Both the position numbers and the translations under genes were made by a program. The notes under the pieces were generated by a model that did not search any database, was not told the origin of the DNA, and saw only the letters and a list, made by a program, of their open reading frames with translations. From Planctomycetota bacterium (lineage in GTDB: Bacteria; Planctomycetota; SZUA-567; H5-PLA8): DNA of 64,000 nucleotides. Of this stretch, positions 19,375 through 27,963 are shown in pieces. The stretch spans positions 64,001-128,000 of the forward strand of contig JBBRPR010000012.1 in the NCBI GenBank assembly GCA_038227875.1, in the 5' to 3' direction. The first letter of the stretch is position 1, and each line of letters begins with the position of its first letter.

Positions 19375-20943
19375 TTAGAACATCACCTGGAAACACAGCG
19401 CGAAGCTGTTGTTCTTCACGTTGTGGAAGGGCGCCGCGGCGGGGCCTTCCGGATTTTCCATGACATTGTAGTTGGCCTGGATCTTGGCGTTGTGGCCCTT
19501 GATGTAGTAATTGATGCCCGCCGTCCATTCCTTCGTCTGGTAGACGTTGGTGCGGTTCGCGTCGGCCGGATCAACGATTTCAACGTTTGTGTACTGCTGG
19601 TACCGCGCGGCGAATTCGAAGGGCACGAGCCACGAGGGGAGACCGCCGCCGCAACCGCAGCTTCCGCCGCTGTTAAAGATGCTGTCGCTGAGTTTGTATC
19701 CAACGGCGGCATAGAAGCCGTGGGTGTCAAACGGATTGTTGGGGCTCTGACCAGCGCTCGCGGGATCCGTCAGGTCCACCGGCAGGAAGCCGGCGAAATT
19801 GCGGTCGTGAACGTAAGCGAATTCACCCTTGACCCACAGACCCTTGACCGGGCCCTGCGGGAAGTAATCCATGAACGCGCTGTAGCGGCGCGCGAAAACT
19901 TCGCGGCGGTTGAGGCCGGGCGCCGGATTGTTCACCGGATCGTACGTGCCGGTCTGACCGTGCTTGCCGCCACCTGCCGAGCCGCCCATTTCCAGGCTGC
20001 CCCAGAAGCAATCTTTCCAGACCGGGCGGACCATCAACGTACCGAGAAAATCCTTGGCGTCGTTGTCGTCAGCGCGGTTCTGGGACTGGAACGTGCCTTC
20101 CGGGCTGTGATAGTTGCCAGCGCCATTGAACGCGCTGAGCCAGTACTGCACGCGGCCGTTGTCGCCGCCGCCACAGTACGCACCGCCGCCGCCGTTGTCG
20201 ATCCAGCTGCCGTGAACGGTCAGGCCGATGTCGCGGGCGAAGTGATTACCGACGAACGAGCGTTCGACGAAGTCGAGTACTGAATTCGGGTTGAAGTCTT
20301 CCATGCTGAACGTCGGCAGGTACTGACCGACTGTGAAGTCATGGTGCGGAACGAAGCCGTGGAAGTTGATCAACGCGTCCTGCAGAATCGCCGGAGCGAA
20401 ACCCGCGCCGGTCTGGACGCCGCCAATGCCGACATTGGTGCCGGTCTTCGGCAGGAATGCGTTGCCCTGATTGTCTTCGAGCGGGGTGTGGCTGGCCTGA
20501 TCGCGCGCGAAGTCGACCATCACGTACGAGGTGATGTATTCGTGGATGTCCATGTTCATGTTCAGTTCGGCGCGGCGCACGCGGAACGAGCTGAGATCGC
20601 GGACCTGGTTGGAATCGGCGATTCCGACGGTCTTGTTCGAGAACAGACCCTTGTTGTCTTTCTGGAAACCGTAGTACCAGATCTGGACCATACCGCCGAG
20701 CTTCAACTTGCCGGTGCCCGTGGTTACGGTGTGATCTTCACAAACGCCGCACTTGGTGTCGAGCACGCGTTCGGTGTTACTGGTGACGATCGGGGTCGCT
20801 TTCTGCTTATGGACTTCGTCGATCTCCTTCTTCATCGCTTCCCATTCGGCTTGCGACACTTCGAACGCACGGCAGGCCTGCTGGACACCGATGGCTCCCA
20901 AGAGCGCCACGATTACCAACAGACTACGGATTTGTTGCATCAT
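19375..20943 (-). CDS. Outer-membrane porin, OprO/OprP-like
   Basis: Signal peptide; LKLGGMVQIWY, FRVRRAE, LQDALIN, RDIG, GINYYIKGHNAKIQANY; C-terminal FQVMF beta signal. Confidence 0.8.
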   Translation of the reverse strand: MMQQIRSLLVIVALLGAIGVQQACRAFEVSQAEWEAMKKEIDEVHKQKATPIVTSNTERVLDTKCGVCEDHTVTTGTGKLKLGGMVQIWYYGFQKDNKGLFSNKTVGIADSNQVRDLSSFRVRRAELNMNMDIHEYITSYVMVDFARDQASHTPLEDNQGNAFLPKTGTNVGIGGVQTGAGFAPAILQDALINFHGFVPHHDFTVGQYLPTFSMEDFNPNSVLDFVERSFVGNHFARDIGLTVHGSWIDNGGGGAYCGGGDNGRVQYWLSAFNGAGNYHSPEGTFQSQNRADDNDAKDFLGTLMVRPVWKDCFWGSLEMGGSAGGGKHGQTGTYDPVNNPAPGLNRREVFARRYSAFMDYFPQGPVKGLWVKGEFAYVHDRNFAGFLPVDLTDPASAGQSPNNPFDTHGFYAAVGYKLSDSIFNSGGSCGCGGGLPSWLVPFEFAARYQQYTNVEIVDPADANRTNVYQTKEWTAGINYYIKGHNAKIQANYNVMENPEGPAAAPFHNVKNNSFALCFQVMF

Positions 20944-21092
20944 TCGTCCCCCTTGTCATCGTGATCGGAGTGACCCGATGACCGCCTATTAACAAAAACT
21001 TTACAAAACAATCAAAACACAACACCACTCCTGCTCGAATTAGAGCAGGTCGCTGGCTCTTGCCCACTAAACCGCGTGTGTTATTACTCACG

Positions 21093-21108
21093 TGCACTAC
21101 GGATGCCA
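21093..21108 (-). promoter_or_regulatory. Putative sigma54 promoter of the porin gene
   Basis: Minus strand (TT)TGGCATCCGTAGTGCA: GG-N10-GC. Confidence 0.7.
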
Positions 21109-21346
21109 AAACTGAAATCTTTCCAGTTTTATTGAAGGCTTCGCGCAGTCGTAACTCGCATGTTCCTGCTAGGAAAGGCGGAGAGAGTAGGCATAAATTT
21201 TTCGAACACAAGCGACGAACGAAAAATAAATTTTCGAGTGCTTAAAAGCGATCCGTTTCACCGTCGTATCCTGCTCGCGCTGCCCATAATCAAGCAGCAC
21301 TGCAAACGAGGCAAAAATCACATCTATACAAAACTTGAGCGAAAAA

Positions 21347-22258
21347 TCAGCGCTGTCGAAGGGCGAAGAATCCCACTGCTCGCAGTTCCATTTCCAGTTG
21401 CTTCGCCTGCTCTGCGTTGAGATTTTTTATCGGCAGGCGCATCTGGCCGCAGTCCACGCCCAGCATTTTCATCATCGCCTTGCCGGCGGACAGGCCACCG
21501 TGGCGGATCATAATCTGGATGATGCGGTTGGCCTGATGCTGTCCCGCACGCGCGCTGTCTAGGTCACCGGCATTGAACGCCGCGATTACCTTTAAAAAGA
21601 GGGGTGCGATAAAATTGTACGTCGAACCCACCGCGCCAACGGCGCCAGCGGCCAGCGCGGAGAGCAGCATTTCGTCCCGGCCGAAGAGCACCTGGAAGCG
21701 GCCGTTCTCCATCCGCAAGCATTCGAGATAATCCATCAGATCTTCTTGCGTGAATTTCGCGCCGGCTAAGGTTGGGATACGGTCCGCGCCGCGTGCGAGA
21801 AACTCCGACACTTTCAAGTTCACACCGGTGAGGCTGGGGATCTGATAGTAATAAAAGGGGAGTTTCGGCGCTGCAGACGCGACATCGCGGCAGACTTCCA
21901 CCAGCGTGTCCACATCCGCGGGTTTGAAGTAATAGGGTGAGAGTGCGGCAATTCCCATCGCACCGGCTGTCTGTGCATCGGCAGCGAGCGCCTGCGATTC
22001 CCGGACGGACGTGTGCCCAACATGAGTGACGATTGCCAACCTTCCGCGCGCCGCCGCGACGAAGGCGCGGTTGACTGCGATACGTTCGGCGGTGGTCAGC
22101 GAGGAACTCTCGCCGGTCGAACCGCAGACGAACGCGCCGCGCACGCCGTCCTTGATGAGGTGTTCGACGATGGCGGAAATGCCTTCGAGATGGATGTCAC
22201 CCGCGGAGGTCATGGGTGTAAACGGAGCTGCAATCAAGCCGGTCAATTTTTCAGTCAT
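21347..22258 (-). CDS. DHDPS-family class I aldolase, N-acetylneuraminate lyase-like
   Basis: GSTGE, YYYQIP, Schiff-base Lys in GAKFT, GRDE, GAVGSTYNF. Confidence 0.85.
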   Translation of the reverse strand: MTEKLTGLIAAPFTPMTSAGDIHLEGISAIVEHLIKDGVRGAFVCGSTGESSSLTTAERIAVNRAFVAAARGRLAIVTHVGHTSVRESQALAADAQTAGAMGIAALSPYYFKPADVDTLVEVCRDVASAAPKLPFYYYQIPSLTGVNLKVSEFLARGADRIPTLAGAKFTQEDLMDYLECLRMENGRFQVLFGRDEMLLSALAAGAVGAVGSTYNFIAPLFLKVIAAFNAGDLDSARAGQHQANRIIQIMIRHGGLSAGKAMMKMLGVDCGQMRLPIKNLNAEQAKQLEMELRAVGFFALRQR

Positions 22259-22261
22259 GAG

Positions 22262-22915
22262 TCACCTCGGAGTGGAATTGGAAAGGTTGCGGGACTGTTC
22301 GAGCTTTAGTCGTGTGGGAGTTAGATGTTCACGCATCGCACGTTCGGCTATGTCGGGGTCGGCTTGCTTCAGGCGCTTCAAGAGTAATTCGTGCGGAGCC
22401 ATGACCCCACGGCGTTGCGGAGCGAGCATCTGCTGGAGCATGAAGAAGAAGCCCAGGCGAACGTGCCGTTCGAACTCCTGCAGGAGCAGCCGGGAGCCGG
22501 AGCACTCCGCAAGGGTGCGATGGAAGGCGACTTCGTGTGTCCATTGTTCCGGCGGCGTCGGTGCCGTCCGATCCGCAGCGCGCGCGAGTCGGGAAAGTTC
22601 CGCCAGCCGCGCGCGCACGGGTTCGCCGCAGGCCATCCGTGCCGCCTGGCATTCCAGCGCTTCGCGGAGAATCCACAGATCGTACTGCTGCGCCGGACTG
22701 ATCAAGCTGACGCGCGTACCTTTGCGGGGAAGCGTTTCGAGCAGGCCTTCGTTTTCGAGCTGCACCATTGCTTCGAGCACCGGCGCGACGCTGAAGCCGA
22801 GTTCGTCGGCGACCGAGCGCCGGTTGAGCAGCGTTCCCGGCGGCCAGTCGCCGGCGAGAATGCGTGCGAGCAGGTGTTCTTTGGCGCGCTGAGCGAGCGA
22901 TAGGGTGCCTTCCAT
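22262..22915 (-). CDS. GntR (FadR/FCD-type) transcriptional regulator
   Basis: wHTH ILAGDWPPG...ELGFSVAPVLEA..LENEGL; FCD part REALE...FH...AMREHL. Confidence 0.9.
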   Translation of the reverse strand: MEGTLSLAQRAKEHLLARILAGDWPPGTLLNRRSVADELGFSVAPVLEAMVQLENEGLLETLPRKGTRVSLISPAQQYDLWILREALECQAARMACGEPVRARLAELSRLARAADRTAPTPPEQWTHEVAFHRTLAECSGSRLLLQEFERHVRLGFFFMLQQMLAPQRRGVMAPHELLLKRLKQADPDIAERAMREHLTPTRLKLEQSRNLSNSTPR

Positions 22916-22950
22916 GACATGTAGTATGTCACATGATATATCACAGTCAA
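22915..22950 (-). promoter_or_regulatory. Promoter and palindromic operators of gntR, probably leaderless
   Basis: Minus strand TTGACT-N16-CATACT then 7 nt to ATG; overlapping palindromes TGATATATCA and TGACAT-N5-ATGTCA. Confidence 0.6.
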
Positions 22951-22996
22951 GATGTTTGTGCTCCCCGGCGCGAGACGTGAAGTGAAGCGCACATTT

Positions 22997-24295
22997 TTAA
23001 TGTGAACTGGAGGAGCGGACTACATCCGGCGCATTTTTCAATACGCCCAGTTTGCGCGCGAGCGCCTCGATGGCATCGCACGACGCGTCAACCGGCCGGA
23101 TGCCGTCGAATTTCCGAGCCACCTCGCGTGCGTGCTGTGAAAAGGCAGGTTCTTCCACCAGCCGCCGCAGCAGCGGAGAGAGATTCTCCGGCGTGAAATT
23201 CTTGCGCGAAAGTGACAGGGCCACGCCGAGTTGCTCGGCGCGGAAAGCATTGTCCGGCTGGTCGTGAGCCATTGGCATAATCAGCTGCGGAATGCCGGCG
23301 TGCAGCGCCTGCGCCATCGTGCCGATTCCGCCGTGATGAACCAGCGCCGCGCAACGCGGCAGAATCGCGCTGAACGGCGCATACGCGAAGTGCTTCACGC
23401 CCGGCGGCAGAGTCGGCGGAATGTTTTCGGCGTAGCGCGTCAGCAGCAGGGCGCGGCGGCCGATGGTGTGGCAGGCTTCCGCGGCGGCATTGAAGAAAAA
23501 TCGGGCCTGCAGCATGGCCGATCCCGGCGTGAACGCGATCGGCGGGGAGCCATCGTTTAAAAAGTCCTCGAGCTCCGCGTCGAGGGCAGTCAGGCCTTTT
23601 TCGTCATACAGCGGAAAGCCCGGCATGAGTACCTGCGACGGCCAGTCTGGCGGAGGACCGGCGAACCATTCAGGAAAAAGTCCCAGCACCAGTTGCGGTG
23701 AATTGATGTAGTCGGAAAAAATTCCGCCGGTCAGTGGCTCCAGTCCCAGTTCCTTGCGGAACTGATTCAGCGGCTTGAGCAGGATGGGATCGACGACGAT
23801 CTTTTCGCCCATTTTAAACATCGACCGCCGCATCCACGCCGGAGCCCACGCGGGCATGCCGGAATAGCGCGGCGGTTGCGCGTGGCTGTAGATCGCCATG
23901 GGCTGCAATTGCGTGGTGATCAACGGCACGTTCAATTTGTCGTGAGCGACGCGCGCGCCCAGGCAGAGCGCCGCACCGATCAGGATCGTTTCTCCCGGAA
24001 CGTGATGGCGCGCCACAATGTCATACGACTTATTCAGTAAACCCAGCAGCGACCACTCCAGCACTTTCTGCGTGCCTTTGGTGGGGTGCCAGATGTCCGG
24101 ATCGTTGATCGCGTTGTGGTACTCCTCGGCGGTGCCCAGCGCTTCAAACGCGAGTCCCGCCTTGACCGCCAGCGGCTTGAAGTGTTCGTTGGTCACGAAC
24201 AGGACGTCGTGTCCGCGGTCACGCAGCTTGATCGCAATTCCCAGCAAGGGATGAACGTCGCCGGAACTGCCGATGGGTATCACGAGAACTTTCAT
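22997..24295 (-). CDS. Family 1 glycosyltransferase (RhlB/sterol-GT-like)
   Basis: GSSGDVHP; PIAFTPGS; HHGGIGT...PQLIMPMAHDQPDNA; start placed at MKVLVIP. Confidence 0.9.
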   Translation of the reverse strand: MKVLVIPIGSSGDVHPLLGIAIKLRDRGHDVLFVTNEHFKPLAVKAGLAFEALGTAEEYHNAINDPDIWHPTKGTQKVLEWSLLGLLNKSYDIVARHHVPGETILIGAALCLGARVAHDKLNVPLITTQLQPMAIYSHAQPPRYSGMPAWAPAWMRRSMFKMGEKIVVDPILLKPLNQFRKELGLEPLTGGIFSDYINSPQLVLGLFPEWFAGPPPDWPSQVLMPGFPLYDEKGLTALDAELEDFLNDGSPPIAFTPGSAMLQARFFFNAAAEACHTIGRRALLLTRYAENIPPTLPPGVKHFAYAPFSAILPRCAALVHHGGIGTMAQALHAGIPQLIMPMAHDQPDNAFRAEQLGVALSLSRKNFTPENLSPLLRRLVEEPAFSQHAREVARKFDGIRPVDASCDAIEALARKLGVLKNAPDVVRSSSSH

Positions 24296-24344
24296 GCGGA
24301 ATTTTAGTGTAGGGGAGGGTGGGACTGGGGGCAACTGGCGACTA

Positions 24345-24707
24345 TTATGTCGAACGTTCCGACTTAGTATGCCTGCGATTCATATACTCACATATACTAC
24401 CCACCGTATAAAACAGGATGCCCGTGCAGATCGCGTCAATGAGCAAGCCAAATACGTCGACATGCTTGACCCCCTGCAATCTCAACAAATCGTCCAGCTC
24501 TAACTTTCCTGTAGGAAACTTGGCACGGTGCGGATTTTCGCTGCACAGATAAAAGAGTGCAGGAAAGCCGATACCATATGTCTTTGCTTTTGCGTCAACG
24601 GCTTGCACTTTGGTATTTATGGCCAACCACGCCGCAAACAACACAACCATCACGACAATGGTGCTTAAATGAACCTGCAACAGGCGCAGCGGTTTCTGTT
24701 CGGACAC
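24345..24707 (-). CDS. Small hypothetical membrane protein
   Basis: LQVHLSTIVVMVV..WLAIN N-terminal TM, YGIGFP, second TM; lower GC than its neighbours. Confidence 0.6.
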   Translation of the reverse strand: MSEQKPLRLLQVHLSTIVVMVVLFAAWLAINTKVQAVDAKAKTYGIGFPALFYLCSENPHRAKFPTGKLELDDLLRLQGVKHVDVFGLLIDAICTGILFYTVGSICEYMNRRHTKSERST

Positions 24708-24912
24708 GATTTATAAATTCTCTCGCTACACTGTTCGCGTGCAGGCTTCAATCGAGCAGCTGGCGGCCAAGTGGTCACCTATTAAGAATTTGTTTTCCTG
24801 TTGCCGTGATACACTTCGAAAGCGATAAGTGACACCCCAAATGGCAAGGCCATTGATGCGGCGCGGAAGATTCCGCACGCGCCGCGATCGCATCAGGAAA
24901 GGACTTTTCGAT

Positions 24913-26499
24913 ATGAACGCTTTGCTCCTCCCCGACTTCAAAGAGGTCCTCGAGCAAAAAGACGACGCGGCCATCCGCGCGCTGCTCGAAAATCTGCTGC
25001 CGCCGCAGGCCGCGGAGTTGCTCGCCGCATTGAGTCACGAACAGGCATCGTACGCGCTGGAAGTGCTTCGCGACGACAAGGAAGCGCTGATCTTCGAATA
25101 CCTCCCGGAGCAGGTTCAGTATGAACTCGCGGTTGGCGCGGGACGCGAGCAATTGGCGAAACTGGTCTCGGCCATGTCTCCCGACGACCGCGTCCGGTTT
25201 ATCAAGACGCTGCCGGGCAAAATTGTTGACGAGTTGATGCCGCTGCTGGCCCAGGCCGAACGCAACGACATCAAGCGCCTGTTGACGTTCCCCGATGGTA
25301 CCGCCGGCGCGCGCATGAATACGGATTACGCCTCCGTCGGCGAAGGTTTGACCTGCGGCGTGGCTCTGGAAAAAGTGCGCCACGAAGCGCCCAACAAGGA
25401 AACGATCTACACGGTCTACGTGCTGGACAACGACCGACATCTAGAAGGCGTCATCGGCCTGAAGGAATTGTTGTTGGGCCGATCCGATCAGCTGGTCTCG
25501 TCGATCATGCGCAAGGAAGTGGTCGCCGTGCGCGGAGACGAGCCGGTACAGAAAGCCGGCGAACTGGTGAAGCAGTACGATTTGATTGCGCTGCCGGTGC
25601 TCGACGACCGCGGCCGCATGCTGGGCATTGTCACCGTCGACGATTTGATCGATTCGATGGAAAAGAAGACCACCGAGGAAATCCTGAGCCTCGGCGGCGT
25701 CGAGCCCGGCGCGCTTGACAAACCGTATTTCCAAAACCCAATCAGCCTGGTGGTACGCAAACGAGTGGGCTGGTTGCTGCTGCTGTTTGTCGCCGAGATG
25801 TTCACCGGAACAGTGCTGCGCCATTTCGATGAGGCGATCGAACGGGTCGTCGCGCTCTCATTTTTTATTCCGCTGCTCATTGGCACCGGAGGTAACGCCG
25901 GTTCGCAGACCGTCTCGACGATCATCCGCAGCCTGGCGCTGAAAGAAATCAAGACCTCCGACTGGCCGAAAATTCTTGCGCGCGAAGCGACTAGCGGATT
26001 GTTTTTGGGGTTACTGCTGGGCGTGGTGGGATTCGGACGTTCCTTGATGTGGGCGCCGGACGATAAGATGCTGGCGTTGACCATCGGCTGCACGCTGGTG
26101 GCGATCTGTGCCTGGGCCAATTCCGTCGCAGCGATGATTCCCATCTTCGCGCAGCGCGCCGGAATGGATCCGACCGTGCTCTCCGCCCCGCTAATCACCA
26201 CGCTCGTTGATGCGACAGGCCTGGTGCTTTACTTCAACATCGCCTCTGTGTTTATCGCCAAACTCAGCGCGCCGCCGATTGCCGTCAGTGAGGTTCTGCG
26301 CTCCAAGTTGCTTCAAGTTGCGGGCGACGCGCCCACTGAAATGGCGCAGAAACTGCGCGACATGGCCGGCGCGACGCCGCCGGAAGCGAAGAACGAATGG
26401 CTCTTCCCGGCCATCGCACTGGTCACGCTTTCGATCATCTTCTACATGATGTCGCGCCACAAGCCGAACAATCCTCAAACAACCAGCTCGATGGCGTAA
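24913..26499 (+). CDS. mgtE: Magnesium transporter MgtE with C-terminal extension
   Basis: MgtE_N, tandem CBS (TAGARMN, GIVTVDD), R.GWLLLL, IGTGGNAGSQT, SAPLITTLVDATG; RBS GGAAAGGA. Confidence 0.93.
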   Translation: MNALLLPDFKEVLEQKDDAAIRALLENLLPPQAAELLAALSHEQASYALEVLRDDKEALIFEYLPEQVQYELAVGAGREQLAKLVSAMSPDDRVRFIKTLPGKIVDELMPLLAQAERNDIKRLLTFPDGTAGARMNTDYASVGEGLTCGVALEKVRHEAPNKETIYTVYVLDNDRHLEGVIGLKELLLGRSDQLVSSIMRKEVVAVRGDEPVQKAGELVKQYDLIALPVLDDRGRMLGIVTVDDLIDSMEKKTTEEILSLGGVEPGALDKPYFQNPISLVVRKRVGWLLLLFVAEMFTGTVLRHFDEAIERVVALSFFIPLLIGTGGNAGSQTVSTIIRSLALKEIKTSDWPKILAREATSGLFLGLLLGVVGFGRSLMWAPDDKMLALTIGCTLVAICAWANSVAAMIPIFAQRAGMDPTVLSAPLITTLVDATGLVLYFNIASVFIAKLSAPPIAVSEVLRSKLLQVAGDAPTEMAQKLRDMAGATPPEAKNEWLFPAIALVTLSIIFYMMSRHKPNNPQTTSSMA

Positions 26500-26567
26500 T
26501 GCCGAACCCATTTGACAGCCGCGCCATCAGAAGCATCATCGATACGGACCTTTTGCCGGAGGATACG

Positions 26568-27347
26568 ATGAAGCGATGGACTGCGGTTTTCACTCTGAGT
26601 CTGGTGGCATTCATGGCGCGCGCGGAAGTTCACACCGAATCCGTGACCTACAAGCAAGGCGACACGGCGCTCGAAGGATACCTCGCGTACGACACGGGCA
26701 TTCAAGGCAAGCGGCCTGGCGTGCTGATTGTGCCCGATTGGATGGGACCGGGAAAGTTTTCAAATGAACGCGCGGAGGCACTGGCGAAACTCGGTTACGT
26801 CGCCTTCGCTGTCGACATCTACGGCAAAGACGTGCGCCCGAAAGATGCGAAAGAAGCGGGCGCTCAGGCCGGAAAATTTAAAGGCGACCGCAAGCTGCTG
26901 CGCGAGCGCGTGCTAGCCGGACTGGAAGTGCTGAAGGCGCGCGACAACGTCGACGTCACGAAAATCGCCGCGATCGGCTACTGCTTCGGCGGCACCACGG
27001 TGCTGGAACTTGGTCGAGCCGGCGCGCCAGTGGCCGGACTCGTGAGCTTCCACGGCGGCCTCGACAATCCCACCCCGGAAGATGGAAAAAATATCAAAGG
27101 AAAGGTGCTCGTTCTGCACGGCGCCGACGATCCGAACGTTCCCCCCGAACAGGTCGCCGCATTCGAAGACGAAATGCGGAAGGGCGGCGTGGATTGGGAA
27201 TTGGTAAAGTACTCGAAAGCCGTCCACGCTTTCACCAACCCGGCCGCCGGCAACGACAACTCGAAGGGCGTTGCTTACAACGAACTGGCCGACAAGAGGT
27301 CATGGCAGGCGATGAAGGATTTCTTCGCGGAGATTTTCGCGAAGTGA
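26568..27347 (+). CDS. Exported dienelactone hydrolase family protein
   Basis: Signal peptide; GYCFGG nucleophile motif, HGADD, HAFTNP. Confidence 0.92.
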   Translation: MKRWTAVFTLSLVAFMARAEVHTESVTYKQGDTALEGYLAYDTGIQGKRPGVLIVPDWMGPGKFSNERAEALAKLGYVAFAVDIYGKDVRPKDAKEAGAQAGKFKGDRKLLRERVLAGLEVLKARDNVDVTKIAAIGYCFGGTTVLELGRAGAPVAGLVSFHGGLDNPTPEDGKNIKGKVLVLHGADDPNVPPEQVAAFEDEMRKGGVDWELVKYSKAVHAFTNPAAGNDNSKGVAYNELADKRSWQAMKDFFAEIFAK

Positions 27348-27378
27348 CTCTGTGTCCCACGGAGGAGTTGACGTCGCC

Positions 27379-27406
27379 AACCTTTGTGCCCAAAGGCACA
27401 AAGGTC
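27379..27406. repeat. 28-bp GACC-family palindrome
   Basis: AACCTTTGTGCCCAAAGGCACAAAGGTC. Confidence 0.7.
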
Positions 27407-27578
27407 TGGGCATCCATCAGCCCAGACCCATGGGTTCCATGCAAGACTGTCCGAGATGGCGGTGCGGCCACTTGAGCATCGTGACAGTGGCCGTGCGGCC
27501 GCAAGCTCGCCGTCGTAACTTTCTCGTTGACATTTCCCTCCACCCAATTACAAACGTCCCCGACAAGTAAATAGCAGT

Positions 27579-27751
27579 CCGCTTATCGAGAGTGGTCGAG
27601 GGAACAGGCCCTACGACGCCACAGCATCCGAAAGTGGAAACAGATGTGCCACCGTGCCTCTGAATCCGCTCTAAAGTGCTAACTCCTGCGATGCCGACGG
27701 AACCTTTCGACTTTTGAGTCGACTGGGACGCACGGATCGGAAGATGAGCGG
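27579..27751 (+). ncRNA. SAM-I riboswitch (S-box) with extended P3/P4
   Basis: P1 CCGCTTATC/GATGAGCGG; ATCGAGAG-TGGTCGAGGGAACAGGCCCTACGACGCCA-CAGCA...GTGCTAACTCCTGC...AAGATGAG. Confidence 0.88.
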
Positions 27752-27963
27752 GGCGACAGGAATTCCGAGTCTTCCCCTGTAACCCCTTCCATCACGCGGT
27801 CAGCTCGTTGCCTTTTCCATCCGGGCAATGCGCGCTGAAAGCGTGGGCTTCATCTTTGCATTTTCTCGATGTGTTTTACGCGGGCTGCTGGATTTTCATA
27901 TCCGGCGCCGCGGCATGTCGTCGCGACCGGAACTTCTGGGTTGTTCGGGATCGGGAGGAAGCC

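Noticed and set aside
21030..21051. CCTGCTC-GAATTA-GAGCAGG palindrome ending GGTC
   Set aside because: Shorter than the 28-bp family and only one end matches; probably an ordinary leader hairpin.
21180..21300. NtrC-type enhancer upstream of the porin promoter (e.g. TGCCCATAATCAAGCA)
   Set aside because: Spacing is one base short of TGC-N11-GCA, too weak to call.
24710..24912. M-box riboswitch upstream of mgtE
   Set aside because: The conserved M-box core sequences were not found.
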